Position numbers and translations under genes: made by a program
Assembly: GCA_048772705.1 (NCBI GenBank)
Contig: JBLWGC010000082.1
Span: forward strand, 1-64,000
Direction of reading: 5' to 3'
Length of the DNA: 64,000 bases
Origin: Leidyana gryllorum EB-2025a
Taxonomy: Eukaryota > Protista > Apicomplexa
Shown: piece after piece, positions 59,575-64,000 of the stretch
Layout: each line of letters opens with the position of its first letter
How positions within the stretch are numbered: the stretch's first letter is position 1
The notes under the pieces: generated by a model
What the model saw: the letters and a program-made list of their open reading frames with translations, nothing else
What the model was told of the DNA's origin: nothing
Database searches by the model: none

Positions 59575-61668
59575 TCATGCCATCATGTACAGTGCAGCAG
59601 CCGAGATCATACCGATGGAAGCCGTCATAAGAGGGCTGGCTGCGGAGTTGTCACAGACCGGACAGGTCGGAACTTCGGGACAAGTCGGAGATACCGGGCA
59701 AGTGACTGTAGGACAAGTGGGAGCCGGGGTGGAAACAGGAGGCTCGGTGGGCTCGGGGGTCGTCTCCGGGGCCGGGTCGACTGGCATAGTAGTGGTGGGT
59801 GAAGTCGTGCTCGGGTACGGCGTCGAAGTAGTGTGCTCATAGACGGTAGAATGAAGAGCGGCGTATTGACCTGTGCCCGTACCGGTAGAGGCGAAAACGC
59901 TCAGTCTCTGGAGGCTGCCCAAGGGGAAGCTGAGAGAGGTCATCGAGACTTCACCATCATCGAACAGCACTTCGACAGAGGCGGTGTCAAAGACTGCGTG
60001 CATCTTGAGAGTGCTCGAGCCAGATTGGACACGAGGGGCGCGGGCAACGCTCGCTGCCTCATAAAACTCTGCTGGGGTCTTTTCACCTTCAGTGTTGGGC
60101 TCTTCCTTCTCCCATTCGAACTCTGAAGAGCGGATCACTCGGAACTCTTGTTGACCGTTGGAGCCCACATAGAGACCAAGTTTGACGTAGTCGACAGCGT
60201 CCTGGACAACTCCCTCCTCATCAGTGGTAGGGTTTCCGTAGAAAGCAATAGTGTACTCGCCTTCGTTCTGGAGGTCAATGTCAGACACCTCAACAGTAAC
60301 TTCAGCCCCCACAGAGTGGATGACCAGTTCGCTAGGATAACCTCCAAGCACGATGAAGTCGCCCGCGACCGTATCGTCGTGGACGGGGGACAGGTCAATA
60401 AATTTGTGGACCAGACGGTAGTCAGGGTCAGTCGAGGTGCCCAAGTTGATCAAACGGAGCTCTCGAGGAAGGGTCATACCGGACCTCCAGCCGTGTTCGC
60501 CGGTGGGGACTTGGTTGGCGTACAGCCAGTTGCTCATCCAAGCCTGGAACAACGGCGGGGAGGTGTTGTCGTAGGTGACACCCGCGTAGCTATCCGGGCC
60601 GTGATCAACCCACTTCGGATACACATCAAAGCTCTCGACTGGTACGAACTGGAAGTTCGAGTTCAACCGACCGACAAAGTACATAGTAGCAGAACCAGAG
60701 TTGGGACCATCATTGACACCTCCGTTCGCACCAATACTCACAATCATAACCCACAGTTCTTCGTCTTCGCCTTCGACCGTCATTCTGATCAGATCCGGAC
60801 ACTCCCAAACACCACCTTGCAGACTGCCCCAGATGCCCGCCGTCCGGCCTCTGTTTTCGCAAGTTGGATCGTGAGTACTCAAGTCTTGATCAGTGTCGAG
60901 TTTTCCATTGTTTACACCGAAAGCGCTTCTCGGGACCCACTGATTGGTAGTTCCCAGTGGGGCACTGTAGATCACCATCCGATCACAATTGGCGACAATA
61001 GCCAGCTGGGTAGTGTCGTCGTATTTGATGATCTTGGGATCACGGATGTCGGACTCAAAGGTCGCCGGCATCGCCTGGTTGCCGTCGTAATAGATCATGT
61101 TGCTTTCAGCGTCGTTCTGGATGCCGTGCTCGTCAGCGGGCCAGTAATGCACGGTACTGTAGCCCTCCGACTTGAGAAGATAACCCATACTTTGACGCTC
61201 GCGGCGATACTCGACCGGGTTGTTGATCTCGGTGTGATCGGTCCACATCAAGATAATGGCATTGGATTCCTCTGAAACAAAGCGACCATCAACATCCAAG
61301 TAAGCGCTTCCGGAGAAAGCCATTCCAACATTCGGCCACTCGCTCTCAGGAATGTCATGTACTTGGCCGTCGATCTCCAGTTTAACAGGGTCGTTATCCC
61401 GGATACCGGCTGGCTTGATGGCGACCGGATGGTACTCCCAGTTCAACAAGTCTTCAGAAGACGAGTGACCCCAGTGCATGGGACCCCAAGTGGTGCCGTC
61501 CGGGTAGTGCTGGTAGAACAAGTGATATCTAGTGCCATCGAAGACCATTCCGTTCGGATCATTTCCCCATCCTTGGGGAGTACTCTGGTGGAACTGGGGA
61601 CGCCATGGCTCGTTCCATTCTTGTGCGGCAGAGAGCGCAAAGAGTAAATTGAGACGTGAGAACTGCAT
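59575..61668 (-). CDS. GH32 beta-fructosidase (levanase/inulinase/invertase) with signal peptide, Thr/Pro stalk and probable GPI signal; intronless
   Basis: WGNDPNG nucleophile, [15 protein letters not shown] and WECP motifs. C-terminus DNSAA followed by a hydrophobic tail. Confidence 0.93.
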   Translation of the reverse strand: MQFSRLNLLFALSAAQEWNEPWRPQFHQSTPQGWGNDPNGMVFDGTRYHLFYQHYPDGTTWGPMHWGHSSSEDLLNWEYHPVAIKPAGIRDNDPVKLEIDGQVHDIPESEWPNVGMAFSGSAYLDVDGRFVSEESNAIILMWTDHTEINNPVEYRRERQSMGYLLKSEGYSTVHYWPADEHGIQNDAESNMIYYDGNQAMPATFESDIRDPKIIKYDDTTQLAIVANCDRMVIYSAPLGTTNQWVPRSAFGVNNGKLDTDQDLSTHDPTCENRGRTAGIWGSLQGGVWECPDLIRMTVEGEDEELWVMIVSIGANGGVNDGPNSGSATMYFVGRLNSNFQFVPVESFDVYPKWVDHGPDSYAGVTYDNTSPPLFQAWMSNWLYANQVPTGEHGWRSGMTLPRELRLINLGTSTDPDYRLVHKFIDLSPVHDDTVAGDFIVLGGYPSELVIHSVGAEVTVEVSDIDLQNEGEYTIAFYGNPTTDEEGVVQDAVDYVKLGLYVGSNGQQEFRVIRSSEFEWEKEEPNTEGEKTPAEFYEAASVARAPRVQSGSSTLKMHAVFDTASVEVLFDDGEVSMTSLSFPLGSLQRLSVFASTGTGTGQYAALHSTVYEHTTSTPYPSTTSPTTTMPVDPAPETTPEPTEPPVSTPAPTCPTVTCPVSPTCPEVPTCPVCDNSAASPLMTASIGMISAAALYMMA

Positions 61669-62035
61669 CAGAAAAAGTTAAGAGGCAACGAAACAATTAG
61701 AATGGATGCGTTGCGAGACCGATGTTGATTACTATTTCGATCCTTTCTCCTAATGTTGTGTGCGAGTGCGTTTCCTGTCTCTTTTCGTCCCCACAAGATT
61801 CTCGATCTAAGAACAAGCAGATGGCTCTTGCACAGGTCAACAGTTGCACCACCAGTTGGATGGACCAGCCATGGTGGGGGTGAGTGTTTGCGACAGACTG
61901 TCTCATGTCTTTCGGCCTGTATTTTCGGCCTATATTCTTCCAGATCTATTTTCCGACGCTTGCTGCTGTGAGTCTTATTAGGCTGCTACTCTGTGAACTC
62001 GGAGCACCGGGACAGAAATGGTCCCGGCGAAGACA

Positions 62036-62176
62036 GACAATGGGAAGTCTGTTGGTCTCGAGCTGAGAATGGGGTCAGTCTGTCAGTCTGGAACTACTGC
62101 AAATGGGGTCAGTCTTGAACCGACAATGGGAAGTCTGTCAGTCGGTCTGAAACTACTGCAAATGGGAAGTCTCTTA
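62036..62176. repeat. Mosaic short repeat between the GH97 and GH32 genes
   Basis: Shuffled modules AATGGGAAGTCT (x3), AATGGGGTCAGTCT (x2) and AACTACTGCAAATGGG (x2). Confidence 0.75.
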
Positions 62177-62415
62177 GTGTCAAACAGAAGTTTCGGCTGC
62201 GGGTTGGCCCGGGGTGAAAGTATGTACTCCAAGCCTGAAGGCTATCAGCCACCCGAACAGGCTTTGTTTGCAACACTTATGTGACAGCACAATTTGATTC
62301 AAAAAATGAGGTCAAAAATCGAATGGGATCACACTTGGAGGTAATCTTCGGTACCCACCCCTTTCACAACAAAACTACTCGGATCTGTCACTTTCGAAGG
62401 GCAGTTCGACCCACT

Positions 62416-64000
62416 TCACAACTTCTCGAAGCTCACGGCAAAACCGCCACCCGATGCAACCCACTGAAGAAACTCGGAGCCTTTGGTGACGACCATCTCG
62501 CGGATGTCATAGGCATGAGGGTTAGTCCAGTAGTGCGCAGTTGGAGCATCGTAGTAAATTCTGGCCCGGTAGTAGGCGTCTTCCAGGAAGTTGAGACTGA
62601 ATCGGGCGAAGCGAGGATTCATTCCATTGACACTGCCCATGTACCAGTTGTCCGAGTACTTGTCGCGTCTGGCAATGGTGACAAAGGAACCGGGCTCAGC
62701 TTCTATATACCGAGATTGTTGCCACTCAACGGGAACTTCCTTGATAAAATCGAATCCTCGTCCAATATGGCGAGCATAGTTGTCGGGCGTGTCAGCTGCC
62801 ATTTGAAGTGGTGTGTACATTGTGACATAGAGCGCTAATTGGTTGGCAATAGTGGTATTGGCTTTGGCAATACTCGGCTGCGACGGGTCTTCGTTATCCA
62901 CCCACGTGAAAATATCCATGTTCATCAGGCCGGGGGTGTAATCCATGGGACCACCGATTTGTCTGGTGAAGGGGAGAATAGTCGTGTGATGGGGGTGATT
63001 GCCGCCAGCAAAGGCGTGATATTCTGTTCCTCGGGCTGACTCTTGAGCGAGCAGGTTGGGGTAAGTACGGGAGAGACCAGTGGGTCTGACGGCCTCGTGG
63101 GCGTTCACAGAAATATTGTACTTTATGGCCTCAGTGACACAGTAGAGATAGTGGTTCACCATGTCCTGACTGTAGTGGTGATGCCCGTAAGGGAGCATAT
63201 TGCCCACATATCCACTCTTCACACTGTTGTAGCCGTGGTCGACCATGAACTGATAGGCGCGGTGGAGGTGACGCTCGTAGTTGCGAGTAGAAGACGAAGT
63301 CTCGTGGTGCATCATCATCTTGATGTTATGGTCCTTGGCATACTGCTGGATCTCTTCTACATCAAAGTCAGGATAAGGCGTCAAGAAGTCAAAGACATAA
63401 TCTTTCATCAGATTCGCCCACTCTTCCCAACCAACGTTCCATCCTTCAACCAACAATGCATCGAATCCGTGTTCAGAGGCGAAATCGATATATCTCTTCA
63501 CGCGGCTTGTCTCCGCGCCATGACGTCCGTGAGGCTTCGCCTTGTCAAAATCGGTAACGCCGAGTTGAACACTGCCATCAAAGTCAGAGGTAAAATCCCA
63601 TCTCTTGTCGTTGGCAATCATCTCGAACCAGACTCCCATATACTTGATGGGTTTGACCCATTCCTCCCACTTGAGGTCGGGGTCAGCGGGCTCGTTGAGA
63701 TTGTAAGTAATACGACTCGCCAGGATATCGGCACCGCTGCGACCGGCGATAATGGTACGCCAGGGGGTCACATTCGGCGCTTGAAGATGAGCTTTGACTC
63801 CGACTGAGTCGGGGGTGAGATGAGACTCGAAGATCATATTCTCATCGTCCAGCCACAGATGCATACAAGAGTAGTTCACCAAGGCCGCCTCGTGGATGTT
63901 GATGTAAATGCCATCGTCCGTCTTCAATTGCAACGCAGTCTGCGTCGATGGAGCGCCTATTGGGGTGGTCGAGGAGTTCTCATCCAGGGCGTCGTCATAC
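62416..64000 (-). CDS. GH97 alpha-glucosidase/glucoamylase, SusB-like (5' end outside window; no intron in the visible part)
   Basis: YIDFA, LVEGWN, FDFLTPYPDFD, MMHHET, NYERH, VKSGYVG, NAHEAVRPTG, ESARGTEY and GGPMDYTPG. Confidence 0.93.
   Translation of the reverse strand, partial: YDDALDENSSTTPIGAPSTQTALQLKTDDGIYINIHEAALVNYSCMHLWLDDENMIFESHLTPDSVGVKAHLQAPNVTPWRTIIAGRSGADILASRITYNLNEPADPDLKWEEWVKPIKYMGVWFEMIANDKRWDFTSDFDGSVQLGVTDFDKAKPHGRHGAETSRVKRYIDFASEHGFDALLVEGWNVGWEEWANLMKDYVFDFLTPYPDFDVEEIQQYAKDHNIKMMMHHETSSSTRNYERHLHRAYQFMVDHGYNSVKSGYVGNMLPYGHHHYSQDMVNHYLYCVTEAIKYNISVNAHEAVRPTGLSRTYPNLLAQESARGTEYHAFAGGNHPHHTTILPFTRQIGGPMDYTPGLMNMDIFTWVDNEDPSQPSIAKANTTIANQLALYVTMYTPLQMAADTPDNYARHIGRGFDFIKEVPVEWQQSRYIEAEPGSFVTIARRDKYSDNWYMGSVNGMNPRFARFSLNFLEDAYYRARIYYDAPTAHYWTNPHAYDIREMVVTKGSEFLQWVASGGGFAVSFEKL

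Noticed and set aside
60148-63807. Plus-strand ORFs 60148..61275 and 63043..63807
   Set aside because: Antisense shadows of GH32 and GH97.

Overview
Eukaryotic, highly compact protist DNA with short GT-AG introns (mostly 36-53 nt). Gene content, intron size and an integrin-beta-like vWA protein suggest a gregarine-like apicomplexan, which is an inference. (1) 1-15.4 kb is a nest of four different Ty3/Gypsy LTR retrotransposons. An intact chromovirus (B) forms an apparently identical tandem LTR-internal-LTR-internal-LTR array (4750-bp period) with a PBS, a PPT and a -1 frameshift signal. It is flanked by truncated elements A and C, and C interrupts element D. Every junction falls in an integrase gene. 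(2) 15.5-20 kb is a decayed, gene-poor buffer. (3) 20-58 kb holds densely packed spliced genes: a vWA protein, divergent CLUH, PRP4 kinase, TauE/SafE, DPH4, an EGF protein, eEF1-gamma, RPL6, PTH2, a SAP+LOTUS protein, FAM192A-like, PS decarboxylase, an acyl-protein thioesterase, phosducin-like and the CCA-adding enzyme. Junctions here are unusual: two divergent ATGs in one 12-bp palindrome, a bacterial-style ATGA stop/start overlap and a 7-bp stop/start overlap. (4) 59.5-64 kb holds an intronless, bacteria-like sugar-scavenging pair, a predicted GPI-anchored GH32 and a Bacteroidetes SusB-like GH97. All family assignments come from motif recognition, with no database search.
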